The notes under the pieces: generated by a model
What the model saw: only the letters and a program-made list of their open reading frames with translations
Told to the model about the DNA's origin: nothing
Databases searched by the model: none
Source: Octopus sinensis
Taxonomy: Eukaryota
Assembly (NCBI RefSeq): GCF_006345805.1
Contig: NC_043014.1
Span: 51,088,001-51,152,000 of the forward strand
DNA length: 64,000 nucleotides
Direction: 5' to 3'
Shown: in pieces, positions 13,629-26,901 of the stretch
Layout: each line of letters begins with the position of its first letter
Numbering within the stretch: the stretch's first letter is position 1
Translations under genes and position numbers: made by a program

Positions 13629-13884
13629 TTATACACACATACATACATACAGGCATATATATACACATATATATATATATAGCTCTATGGGATGAAACAA
13701 ATAGCACATTGTCAAGAATAAATTTGTATATCAACTGATACATAACGATACCTACTGATGCGTTAACTCCGACCTTATTCGTACACGCACATACTCACAT
13801 ACAGAGAAACACACATACACACACATACATATATGTGTGTGTGTGTGTGTGTGTATGTTTGCGTATGTGTGTGTATATGTTTAT

Positions 13885-14077
13885 GTGCCTGTGTTTGTCC
13901 TCCCAACATTGCTTGACAACTGGTGTGTTTACGTCCCCGTAACTTAGCGGTTCGGCAAAGAGACCGATAGAATAAGTACTAGACTTACAAAGAATAAGTC
14001 CTTGTTTGGATTTGCTCGACTTAAGGCGGTGCTCCAGCATGACCCCAGTCAAATGACTGAAACATGTAAAAGAGTAA
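13885..14077 (+). mobile_element. SINE A 3' half
   Basis: Matches SINE A from TGTTTGTCC to GAAACATGTAAAAGAG. Confidence 0.85.
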
Positions 14078-15614
14078 TATATGTATAACAACCAGATCAT
14101 TATTAAATAGCGAATGACATTTATATGGGTAATTTCTTTTAAAATTTCTTTGGATAATTTCAACCTGAATTTAAAACATTGGTATTCGAATCTCTCCCAA
14201 TAGACATAGCATATATAAACCGTTCCTCTGGTCTTCATTAACTTGGAAGTACATATATATCAAGTATTCTAAAACATTTGGCAACACTTTGATTGTCATC
14301 ATATTATATTCCGTATCAAATTTCGACAGATCTAAAACCAAATGCATTACATGGATAACCTTGAAGCCAATGTCAGTTAGATAAACACTTATATAGTATT
14401 GAGAATCATACACAGATTATACAATTAATTCACTCGTAAAATAAGAGGGAACTATATGTGATAAAAGTATCACTTGCCAACATTAATTTATTCAAATAGC
14501 CGGAGTGGATTGTATAGCGTATCGTGAATACTGCCACACTTTAGCCATTTTATCGTCATTTACCGTAGTAAATAGCAATAAATATTTGTAATAAACACTC
14601 TAAATTTCAGGGCTGTAAAAGTCTTCAAATTATGACTTTTACTGCCACATTGTTGAACATTTAAGTGAATAAATAAATAGGATTGCAAGTTTGAGTGTCG
14701 ATATACTGTTGACTATGCACTGTTACAATTGCACATATAGCAATATCATATCTGAGGTGGGGAACACATAAGATATAAAATTATATTAGATCTTGTACTG
14801 AGAAAGTGGATTATGGTGACTTAACCTACGTAGCTCTTTAATATGAATTCGAAATATGGAATGAGTTGAGTAAAAAGCTATATTTTCATACATACATGAT
14901 ATTTACACTACTATGCACAAACACATACGCACACGACTTCATATATGAGAGACACATATCGCCTGTTTCCAGTTGATTGACACACCCAAATCACACACGG
15001 ATGAGCTGCATACACATGTTTTCTATAAACATACACCGTATATTCACAATTATTAAGCATATACAGAACATGCACTCATACGTACACGCGTTCACCGCAA
15101 CCATAAATGATGTCACTTTCATACATACGCACACATGCGCACAAACATATATTTTATTTTCACTCGTGTCCCGTATTTGCATTCAACAACCACATCCAAA
15201 TCTCTGACAAATGTAATAAAAACGCACTTTACGCATAGCAATACGTCATACATTCGCACTTACAACGCATGCAAAATGCACGCACATAACCACCAAATCG
15301 AAACATTTCATATAAACATATATATTATGTATATATGCATATATTTATATATTATAATATTATATATTATTTATATTATATTATATTATGTTATATCATA
15401 TTATATTATATTATATTATATATATATATATACTTTATAATTAGGGTTCAGCAAAGATTTGCTTTACGACATACCGAAGTTTAGAAACAGCAATCAAAAA
15501 AACCTTAGCTATTTCTTCTACTTTAAAAAGGGACTCACAGAAAAACCAAAATACTTGGAAACAATCATCGCAGGCAGAGAGGAAGAATAACGAAAATCAA
15601 TCCATATCTGGTTA

Positions 15615-15699
15615 CCCACGTACGCGCGTTTCGGAATTAGATCGGTATAAAGAATATAGAATTATACTTTACCCGACCATTTTCGTTCATCAGCATGGG
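15615..15699 (-). ncRNA. Type I hammerhead ribozyme motif (long stem II, partly decayed)
   Basis: Minus strand: CCCATG-CTGATGA-(long hairpin)-GAAA-CGCGCGT-A-CGTGGG. Stem I is 6 bp, stem III is the palindrome ACGCGCGT, and the cleavage triplet is GUA. The base of stem II has mismatches. Confidence 0.7.
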
Positions 15700-16835
15700 A
15701 TTCCAACAATATTAAATATTAAATATTAAATATTAAATTCGAAGGCACTGAAAGAATTGAATATATATCTCTCCAGCTAACGGTATCAGACAGATCATAG
15801 TCAGTGTTAGTGCCGCCGAATTCACGATACGAATGAAGTTTATCAACTTTCCCTGCCCATCAGCGCGTGTCGTCAAGTAAGATACTACAGAAAAAAAAAC
15901 TGTAGTTTGTTATCAAACCTGGATCCATGTGTCATACCTACACCTGCTACAATAATATATTCCAGCTCACTTAAGAGGTGACTTATTGAGCGATTAAAAA
16001 TTCTAAGGTAGTAAAACCCATAGAAAATCTGGAGGGAAATACTCGAAGGATAAACCTAACCAATATCCCGTTTCCATAGAAGCTGTAAATGCCTTGAATA
16101 GTTTTTCCCGTTATGATGTTTTATCAATGGGGAGGTGGTAAGTGTACCTGGGACTAGGCACTTGCTTCAGGTTAGACCCAAACACAGAACAGATGTGTAA
16201 GTTACCGTCTCTGCAATACCGCAGGCGTACGTCGGAAAATGCTGATCATCCATTCTCTGAAATTTTAGCGTATTTTTGGAGAAAAAAAAACAGAAAATAG
16301 AGACAAAGCAAAAAATAAAAATAAACCATATACAAGAACAACAATGGATAATGCTAGAAGACAGAGATGGACATAGCAGGAATTCATTTGATCTTAGCTT
16401 AGTTGGATCTAAACATTGTTGTTGCTATACGATCTTATTAAAGATACCAAGAGCAACCAAACTCGCATACAGAGGCGCGCATTCTCGAGACCAATAGCGC
16501 ACATACATCAAACAGAAGTATTCATAAGCATTTACACCATTTACGCTGATATTGCATTTGGTGCGTGACGTAAATACAAAATCTTGGCTGAATATCTTCT
16601 AAGAACAGGATGGGAACGAAAGGCATTATATGTATGGTTTCGTAACTTACACTATCCACAGAAATGAACATGCGGATGCTTCCTCCAGCAGCACAGGAAA
16701 CATAATCTAAAAGCACAATATTCGGCAACATTTTATATATAAAATACCGATACTTGAAAGCGAATATAACGATAAAGGAAATTGATGTGTGTGTGTGTAT
16801 ATATATGTGTATGTGTATGTGTTTCTATATGTATG

Positions 16836-16874
<39 letters not shown>

Positions 16875-17143
16875 TATATATATGATATATACACACATAT
16901 ACATTATATATGCATATGAAATATATATATCTATGCATACATATATATTATATATAATACACACACATATATATATATAATCTATGTATATTATATATAA
17001 ATAAATATTTAATATGTATGTATATTATATATATAATACATACATATATATATGTATATATATATATATATTATATTATACATATATGTATATATATATA
17101 TATTATATGTATATTATATATATACACACACATATACACACAC

Positions 17144-17185
<42 letters not shown>

Positions 17186-17288
17186 ACAATCTACATTAAT
17201 ATTTATAGAAAAAGTGCAAATATTTGAGTACGCGTATGTAAGTATATTTTATATTGCGGTTCAGTATATACACATGTTTATGTGTATA

Positions 17289-17338
<50 letters not shown>

Positions 17339-17638
17339 GATTTCTATATTTTCATGTCAATACAGCTATTTTCAACTCTTAAACTCCGTATTTATGGTTT
17401 CTATTTTTATGTTCCCGAATTGTTCCATTTTTATGATTTTTCATATTTCTAAACAGTATTCCAGCTAAAAGCGTGCGTATATGTGTGACCATGTCTGTGT
17501 CTGTGTGTGTGTGTATGTGCGTGGATGCGCACGCGCGTGTGGATGCGCTTTGCTGGAATCAGTTCAGTAGGTATTGGTTACTTTCAAATATGTTGAATAC
17601 GAAAAACCACTGTAGCGTTTCATAAATATATATATATA

Positions 17639-17940
17639 CGTGATCTGATCAATAAGTATCGAGACTTTTGCAGTAGTAACGAAGATAAAGTATGCAGAGT
17701 GAAGCGGCCAGGCACAGATTGACTTAAAATGCTATTGTGCCTGTGCTCTAAGTGTTAACGTTCCAGCTCTGTTCTGCTATTTACAGCAACGACTGAAAGG
17801 AACGTGTGTAGCGTGTGATCGTCGCAATGGCCACGACAGAGAAAGACGAGCAGAAAATCTGAAGCAAATTTTGTCAAAAGCTTGGCAATACCTGCTCAGA
17901 GGCGCCTACGTGAAATTTCCAAAAATATTTCATCAGACCT
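17639..17940 (+). mobile_element. Mariner 5' end (TIR, 5' UTR, transposase N-terminus)
   Basis: TA|CGTGATCTGATCAATAAG terminus. ATG at 17827 gives MATTEKDEQKI*SKFCQKLGNTCSEA, a mariner-like N-terminus. Confidence 0.7.
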
Positions 17941-18100
17941 CGCAGGTGGCTGTGTGGTAAGTAGCTTGTAAACCAACCACATGGTTCCGGGTTCAGTCCC
18001 ACTGCGTGGCTCCTTGGGCAGGTGTGTCTTCTACTATAGCCTCGGGCCGACCAAAGCCTTGCGAGTGGATTTGGTAGACGGAAACTGAAAGAAGCCCGTC

Positions 18101-18147
<47 letters not shown>

Positions 18148-18379
18148 ATATGCGTATATTTGTGTGTTTGTGTGTCTGTGTGATTGTCTCCCTAGCATTG
18201 CTTGACAACCGATACTGATGTGTTTATGTCCCCGTTACTTAGCGGTTCGGCAAAAGAGCCCATAGAATAAGTACTAGGCTTACAAAAGAATAAATTCCGG
18301 GGACGAGTTGCTCGATTAAAAGGCGGTGCTCCAGCATGGCCGCAGTCAAATGACTGAAACACGTAAAAGAGTAAAGAGT
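17941..18379 (+). mobile_element. SINE family A, full length
   Basis: Same head, internal microsatellite and tail as 11325-11757. Confidence 0.9.
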
Positions 18380-18951
18380 TCTTGACACAATCAAGGAAAT
18401 CTTGTTGAACGGAAACCCGAATGTCGTTCTGGTCAGCTGAAAGCAGTTCTGACACAAACTTAGCAGACACGAGTCTCATATCCAAATCTTCAGTGATAAT
18501 AGACTAAACCGTAACTAATCTTCACATCACCAGATAACTCACGGTATGTGATTACGACGATGTCCCCCTCACATCTGCACACACACTTGCGATGTTTTTT
18601 CTCAGTTCTGCTGGTTGCGGGCCTCCTAGAACTTTCGTCAGTATCGACATTTCTTCGGCTACATTGGAAACGTCTAAACAACTCGTACACTTATATGTGG
18701 TTCATACATACCTCTCCATACACTTTCTGCAACTTTGTGTCGGCCTGTGAGTAGCTATTGCCACGGCAACTTTCTCTGTCATGGTCAATACGACTATTAC
18801 ATGCAATATTAATTCGTTCCAATTACAACCATAAACAGTAGAAGTGAGTTTGGACGCTAAAACTTTGTGCGCATGAGCAACAGAGTTCAAGGTCAATATT
18901 TGCCCATCCGGATTCTCTCTGCGTGCTTTAGCTCTTATGGATCAGACCTCG
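18380..18951 (-). mobile_element. Mariner 5' half (TIR to HTH region), frameshifted
   Basis: Minus-strand peptides YELFRRFQCSRRNVDTDESSRRPATSRT, TYRELSGDVKISYG and MRLVSAKFVSELLSADQ (WVPR-equivalent region). Terminus TA|CGAGGTCTGATCCATAAG. Confidence 0.8.
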
Positions 18952-19009
18952 TATGTTTAAATACAAATATATAAATGAATGTTTATATATACGAAGGTTA
19001 ACACACACA

Positions 19010-19078
<69 letters not shown>

Positions 19079-19220
19079 GCAGTTATTAATCAGAGGTTTG
19101 AAGTAATGAATATACAAAAAAGCCGACGGTGGCGCCCTCGCTTAGTATGAGCTCTTGTGCTGAATTTAACAAACGACAAAATAGTATATACATAAACCTA
19201 TATATATATATATATATATA

Positions 19221-19391
19221 TTGGTAAAAACGGTAAGATAACAAAAGAAAGAAAGAGACCTCAATATTATGTAAATAGAGGAAATTTATCTATAAAATAA
19301 TATGCTACATTACTCAATAGTCAAGATAAAACTGTGAGTTTCAGATGCCGAAGTGGAAATCCACAACACCATCTCTTCGGTTATCTGGCTA
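19221..19391 (-). mobile_element. Penelope-like pLTR-type repeat in (TA)n with variant HHR-like fold (19324-19386)
   Basis: Reverse complement of 39985-40156. Minus strand: AGATAA-CCGAAGA-GATG..CATC-T-GAAA-CTCACAGT-T-TTATCT. Confidence 0.55.
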
Positions 19392-19800
19392 TATATATAT
19401 AAGGATAGTATTCTTTACAATAATATCAAGTGCCATAGCATGCTTTAAAGATTCACGAAGAGAATGAGCACTGATCATCTACGTAGCACCTCAAAGTTGC
19501 GTAAGCTGTGTTCGGTGAGTCTTTTGAAACATGTGTAGTACGTAACTATATTTTTCATCCTTCTCCCACAGACGTAATATCGCAAAATCGACAACGATCT
19601 TTTTCGATAAATACTAGAGTTGTATAGCGGCAGTGATATCGGAATTTCTACCTCATTCAGTGTGGGACGAAGTGTATTGGATATATTGATTGGTAAACTT
19701 TATTGATTATCGTCAGCTTTTTGTTATTTATGCAAGGCGATATCTATGCATCTGGCTAACCAACAATATTCGACCTGTCTATTGTGCCAATATATATATA

Positions 19801-19834
<34 letters not shown>

Positions 19835-20708
19835 TGGCATATATGTATATAGGTGTATGTATTTTATTCATATACACTGTTGTCGATTTTGATTGAATGA
19901 AGATGAGAAAAATTGAATATATAGGAATATAGGAGTATAAATTTTGCAATACCTTTTCGTCAGGAATACCCAATGTTTGTGTGACTGAACATTATATATC
20001 CTTGCTTGTTCTCGATTCAATAATGTTTTTAGAAAATGTGCTCACGACTGAGCTTTTCATTCAAATTATCACCACAACATCAGTGAAATCTAAACTGCAA
20101 CGTGTGAACGTCTGTAATTCTCCAGTGACACACAGCTATATATATAATATATATTCGCTTACAATTTGATTTTTTTTTTCATATCTAGAGAACTGTTATC
20201 TTAGATTGTAAAACTTTGATGAGATTCCAACTTTAAAATGGAAGTTCTTCCCATCTCGCTTCGCATCTTGCAGTAGAATACTTTAACCCAACTTTTCATA
20301 TACTGTTAGTGTCCATAGGTTTCATATAGATTACCAATTCATCTTTATAGATTGTCCGATCGTTACATGATACCTAGGAATAAACATAATTCCTAATATG
20401 TCTATATATATTTTACTTTTGAAATACCAAATGTTCCGCTATTTTGTCTGGATGTAGTTACTCTTTCTATATATATATTATATGTATATTTACACATATA
20501 CACCCCAGAGTACATGGGAAAATATCTTTTGAAATCTAATCCATATAATGATTTAGTGAAAGATGACTATCTGTTTCCTTTATACATTTTATCTCTATGG
20601 ACATTTTAAAGCTTTAGAAACTGGACATCAATGAGGCATAGCTACAAATAGCACTCTGCAGTCTGCTCACAGAGGAGCCCCACCGCCACATATATCTAGA
20701 TATCAATC

Positions 20709-20739
<31 letters not shown>

Positions 20740-20854
20740 CATATATTATCATAAATACATACGTATGCTCAGTTCACTCCAATGCAAAACATACTGCTAT
20801 ATATAAGTGCGCATTTTTGTAATAGAATAAATTCGGGAAGATATTTACATTTAT

Positions 20855-20945
<91 letters not shown>

Positions 20946-21029
20946 TAATCATAAGAATTTTAATACACGATATAAAAAAATACATGCGTACTCATCATAA
21001 TCATGTAAAGTCTGCTTTCGATACATGCA

Positions 21030-21210
21030 TGGTCGCTAAGGTTGGATGCCCTTCCTAATGCCAAACCAGTCGAGGTGCACAGTGGGTGCTTTTCACGTGC
21101 CACCGATACGGGTGCCAGCCAACCAGCACTGGTATCGGCCACGGCTACGGCTTCACATGGTTTGATAGCTCTTCTCAAGCAAAACATACCACAACGCTTG
21201 AGACGTGGTC
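21030..21210 (+). mobile_element. RTE-related 3' UTR or SINE fragment
   Basis: GGTTGGATGCCCTTCCTAATGCCAAACC resembles the RTE-type 3' motif (from memory). Confidence 0.5.
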
Positions 21211-21473
21211 GGTTACATACATGCATACATACATGCATGCATATATATATACATATATATATATATATGTATGCATGTGTGTGTGTGTATATACGACATA
21301 TGTATATATATATATATAATTGTATACATATGTATATATATACATATTAAATATATATTCATACATGGAGACATATATATATATATATATTGTATACATT
21401 ATCTATATATACATGCATACACACACACACAAACACATATATATACGTATATACGTTTATATTATACACATGC

Positions 21474-21523
<50 letters not shown>

Positions 21524-21576
21524 TTATATATATATATATAAACACGCATACATATATATACATACATAATAATAAA

Positions 21577-21609
<33 letters not shown>

Positions 21610-21614
<5 letters not shown>

Positions 21615-21850
21615 TTTGTGGTTAAGCTGTTGCACTCACGGTTGCGAGATCGTGGGTTCAATTCCCAGACCTAACATTGCGTTGCCTTCTTGAGCAAAGC
21701 ATATCATTACACGTTGCACTGTAATCATTTCGACATCTGACATGTTGCATGTAGCCTCAGTTGCACCTGTACAGGTAACGTCGATCTGATGCAGGGAGTA
21801 AGTTTATGTGTATAGAAGCGTTTGATTACTAAAAACGAATCATATGTGTG
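21610..21850 (+). mobile_element. SINE family E, diverged (tRNA head)
   Basis: TGTGGTTAAG .. GGGTTCAATTCCC .. CTTGAGCAAAG. The head resembles family D. Confidence 0.6.
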
Positions 21851-21899
21851 TGGTTGTTCGATAGAAATTGTCGAACCTTCATTCAACGTATAATATATG

Positions 21900-21949
<50 letters not shown>

Positions 21950-22137
21950 TATATATATATTTATGATATAAATAATATATATGTGCATATATACAAACGT
22001 ATACGTTATATATATATATATATATGCATATATGGGCCCAGGACGTCACAAAACAACAAAAAATAAGAAGTACAAGGACACACACACATTTGTATGTGTG
22101 TACTGTGTGTGATGCATACATATAATTTTATCTCAGG

Positions 22138-22181
<44 letters not shown>

Positions 22182-22333
22182 ATATATAAGTTCAGCAAAA
22201 ATGTAGATTCAATTGAATATGGTACTTAATTTAGATGCACCAGAATTCTGTATGATGTTATCCATAAAAATCCGTGGGGTGATTATAGTCAAAATAAGCA
22301 ACAAGAATATATAAGATATATATATATATATAA

Positions 22334-22705
22334 GATTGGTCCAGGCCATGTCTATCTTAATAGCACCACCTGATAGGATTGTCTAAACCCATCTAAAGTC
22401 AAGTTTTGTGGTATCATGACCCATTCGCGTAGGGAGTTCTTGTCGAGTGAGGATTATCCAGGTTTATTTGGCTTATCTCGTATTCCTTGAATAATGTGGT
22501 CCAGATTCCGTTTAAAGGTAATGGGATCCTTTCCTCTTTGACCTGTTTCCTGACGACGTTAAATAGAGCAGGGCCTGTTGAGGAAAAGAAACTGTGTTGC
22601 AGTGTATGTATGTGATGTGATCCAGGACAGGTTAGGGGACGTATGGCCCGTGGTCCTAGCCTTGAATGAATTTTTGAAGCTGATGTTGAAATCATGTAGT
22701 ACACA
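22334..22705 (-). mobile_element. 3' end of CR1/L2-group LINE (ORF2 C-terminus and 3' UTR)
   Basis: ORF 22414-22704: HSRLGPRAIRP..HSFFSSTGPALFNVVRKQVKEE. The nucleotide sequence is clearly homologous to 42949-43290. Confidence 0.8.
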
Positions 22706-23714
22706 CACGCGCATACGAGTTAACACACACATACGCACACACACACACACACATATATACATGTGTGTGTGTATGTATGTATATATTTGTGTGCATATGT
22801 ATATATGTATATCTATATATACACATATAAATATATACATATATATATCTATATATGAATGTGATTATGCGCATGTATATTTTGTAAATGTGTCTAATAT
22901 TATTTCCTCTGATAGATGAAAGCATTGTGTTATAGGTACGTAAATGTATTTATGTGCGTGTATATAAAGTGTGTATGTACACACAGACACACACACACAT
23001 GTACATGCATATTATATATACTTGTGTGTCCGTGTGCTGTGTTCTTATGAAATATAAAAAAAAGAAATTGTCTTATACGTTCAATATATTATCGACATAT
23101 ATATACGCTTGCATCATCCCACGATCAAAGACGTATAAATGGTTGCTACGTCGGATATGTATTTCTGCCATACTAAAACAACTCTGTTGAACAAATAACA
23201 TTGATTTTGCTCAGTGGCTATGACATTTATGTAGTAACAGATAAAACCACCAGTTCGTTAGTCTTTATTGCAAACCTATTGTTGCCTTATGCTATTCGTT
23301 CTGCTCGTTTTCCTTTCTGATTTTTCCTTTCATCTGATGTTAGGCATAATAGTTATAATTGCCGATGAGAATATCAAACGTGACATTTTTCTAACTAGTG
23401 TTAGATTTGTTTGTATTTCGTTTCCAGTCATAAATGCAGCAGTAAAATCCGATTATTAGGAATACAATGGATGATATTGGAAACAACTACAATTCCTCAA
23501 TGCACAGCATCCTTTGGATATGTTCCTCTATTCGACACGAAATTCAGTTTCGTTTTATTATTAAGCCTTTTTTTTTTATTTTATTCAGAAGGGAAGCAGT
23601 GGCCATGACTTATTGTAAGCTCACTAGAGAAGAATTAAGCTAGAAGTTGTCCAGAAACTGGAAACATAAACTTAGTGTTTACATCAGAGCGGAATCCACT
23701 TCTAAACTTAAATT

Positions 23715-23990
23715 GCTGTGTGAGCAGAGTGATCCGGGTTCAGTCCCACTGCATAACACGTTGGGTGATGTCTTCTAATATAACCTGTGTGTGTGTATGC
23801 CTGGCCGAGGTGGTTTATGTGTCTGCGTGCGCATGCCTTTCTGTCTGCTTGACAAACGGTGTTGGTGTGTTTACGTCACCGTAACTTAGCAGTTCTGTAA
23901 AAGGGGCCAATATTATAGGTATTAGGCTTTAAAACAGAAGGTACTGTTGTCGATTCATTCGACTAAAAGTAACCGAAGTCTAGCGATTTA
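23715..23990 (+). mobile_element. Old, degenerate SINE A
   Basis: CCGGGTTCAGTCCCACTGC, TTGACAAACGGTGTTGGTGTGTTTACGT and GTCGATTCATTCGACT blocks in the SINE A order. Confidence 0.7.
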
Positions 23991-24332
23991 AGCGAGTAAG
24001 ACAAAGATATCTTTATAGACACAATTTTGCGCTGTGTTACGTATTGGCTTCTCAAAGCTTTTCCTGCATTGAAACTAAAATAAAGGACTGAAGAGGATTT
24101 ATGATGCAACGACATAAACTAATTATCAAATGTTATAGCAAAGTTTGCTCCCATGCATTATATATTACGTTCATTAAAAAATCATGAACATGGTTAACGC
24201 CATAAGAAATAATCTTGTAAATTCTGGAGAGTCTCTAAGACGCGCGATCCTCGTTAAAAGACGCGACCGAGACTGGGATTAAAGAAGCGTTTATACAAAC
24301 ATACTTATCACTCATAAATACACACATACACA

Positions 24333-24403
<71 letters not shown>

Positions 24404-25384
24404 GGTGTGAGTGATAATTTGTGTCTGTGTGTACAAGAGGTAATTTGTGCAAGACTGGTTAATTAGACAGTCGTATTGAATAAAATATCACCAACCGAAG
24501 AAGTAATATCGGAGAAACTTTCCCAGCAAATTAATCCTTTAACCATTATATTTCGTCTATTTTTCTTGGGATTCTTGCCAATCTGATTCTTAGGCCAGAC
24601 CAATTATTTCATTTAAAACTTCCTGAGGCGTTCAATCCACAAATAGATTATTTATCTGATCTAATCAAAATTTGCTTTGGACAATTTAGTGATGAGACAG
24701 ACGTTAAAAAAGGAAAGAGAGAGAGAGAGAGAGAGAATGATAAAAAAAAAAGAAATAAATAGTGCGTGTTTGCTATTGGGTTGATGGTAATTTCTTGGTA
24801 GAAAATTGTATTTTTCTAAACACAAATCGTTGAAATTAAGGGAATCAATCTATTTCTATCATTAAGTTATCAAATGAAATTTCTTTCTAGCTCTGTTAAA
24901 AAACAAAAAAAGAAACAGAAAAAGCAAAAATGATTCGATTAAAAATGTGTCTGATTGATTATACACACACACATATATATACATACACACATATATATAT
25001 GTATATATACACAATAGATACATATATAAGTATATACATGTTTATATATATATATATATATATATACATATACATAATGTATGTATGTATATATATATAT
25101 ATATACACGTAATGGCTTTATTGATCATATGCAAAGTGTCTCTGTAAAAATGTCTGTATTTACAGACAATCATTCGAATTTCATATTAAACAGATAAATA
25201 TTTCTGTTTGATAATTAGATTCTAACCAGGAGTTTTCTCCGTTTCAAATGACTTAAGAAGGGTTTCCGATAATATGCCAGATTTCCCCGGGTTCTACACT
25301 CTACCGAATCCACTTGATTCAATGGCAATTAATCCTGAAAATAGTCGGAGTTTGTTGTAAGTATTGTTATTGGTGTTGGTATAT

Positions 25385-25766
25385 GTAGGCGCAATGGCCC
25401 AGTGGTTAGGGCAGCGGACTCGCGGTCGTAGGATCGCGGTTTCGATTCCCAGACCGGGCGTTGTGAGTGTTTATTGAGCGAAAACACCTAAAAGCACCAC
25501 GAGGCTCCGGCAGGGGGTGGTGGTGATCCCTGCTGTACTCTTTCACCACAACTTTCTCTCATTCTTACTTCCTGTTTCTGTTGTACCTGTATTTCAAAGG
25601 GCCGGCCTTGTCACTCTCTGTGTCACGCTGAATATCCCCGAGAACTACGTTAAGGGTACACGTGACTGTGGAGTGCTCAGCCACTTACACGTTAATTCCA
25701 CGAGCAGGCTGTTCCGTTGATCGGATCAACCGGAACCCTCGTCGTCGTAACCGACGGAGTGCTTCC
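25385..25766 (+). mobile_element. SINE family C, full length
   Basis: A box TGGCCCAGTGG and B box GGTTTCGATTCC. Matches 10756-11119 apart from about 20 extra nt. Confidence 0.9.
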
Positions 25767-26244
25767 ATGGTGTTGGTATGGTTTTTGTTGTTGATGTTGA
25801 ACCTAACTCGTGGTCTATTAATCCTGTCAACTTTGTTGTTTTGACGAGTTGCCACTTCGTATGCTCCTTTTGTTTAGAGAAAATTATTGGTAAGTCTTTC
25901 CACCATCTGATGCTTCCGTGATTAGCCTGCGGCCACGTCTGGGAACTGCCTTCTTTGGTTTAGTGGAGCAAACCGACTCCAGTATTTATCTTCGAAGTCT
26001 GGTAATATTCTATCGATCATGTTGTCCAAACAGTGACAGAAACACTTCATCACCGGTTGTCAGTCGTTGGGTTGGAGAGACCGTCATAAACACAAACACA
26101 CACATCTAACTATTACTTACTCCCACTCTCTCACTCCGTACACACACACACACACACACACACACATTTATATGTATATTCATACATGGATAGATAGATA
26201 GATAGGTAAGCTATACATGTACATACATAAATATACAATATATA

Positions 26245-26474
26245 GGCGGCGAGCTGGCAGAAACGTTAGCACGCCGGGCGAAATTCGTAGCCGTATTTCA
26301 TCTGTCGTTACGTTCCGAGTTCAAATTCCGCCGAGGTCGACTTTGCCTTTCATCCTTTCGGGGTCGATATATTAAGTACCATTTACACACTGGGGTCGAT
26401 GTAATCGACTTAATCCCTTTGTCTGTCCTTGTTTAGCCCCTCTGTGTTTAGCCCCTTGTGGGTAGTAAAGAAAT
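26245..26474 (+). mobile_element. SINE family B, full length
   Basis: Matches 1763-2000 end to end. Confidence 0.9.
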
Positions 26475-26674
26475 ACATACATAAATATACAAGTACATAC
26501 ACACATATATTATAAGTTCAGCGATGTGGAACTGGACTTGAATTTTTTACTTCACGAACATTTTTCTTCAGATTATTTTGGATATTTTATTAAAGATGAT
26601 CGACTTATTCTTAAATTCAAAGGCAATCTAGGAGGAAATAATCAACTGTAATATTTTAATATTTAGGAGCTTAT

Positions 26675-26812
26675 ACCGCGGAGGTCGACTTTGCCATTCA
26701 TTCTTTCGTGATTGATAAATTAAGTACCAGTTGCGTACTGCAGTCCATCTAATCGACTGCCCCCACTCCCCCAAAATTTCCGGCCTTTTGTCTAGAGTAG
26801 AAAAGAATATTT
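26675..26812 (+). mobile_element. SINE B 3' part with an alternative tail
   Basis: Same central block, but ends CCCCCAAAATTTCCGGCCTTTTGTCTAGAGTAGAAAAGAAT. Confidence 0.7.
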
Positions 26813-26901
26813 AGGAACTTATTTTCAAATGTAATTTTGAAAGAGTATATATAAGAACAATTTCTCCTATGTGACCGTCCTTTATTTTTCCAGGTATTCT
26901 A

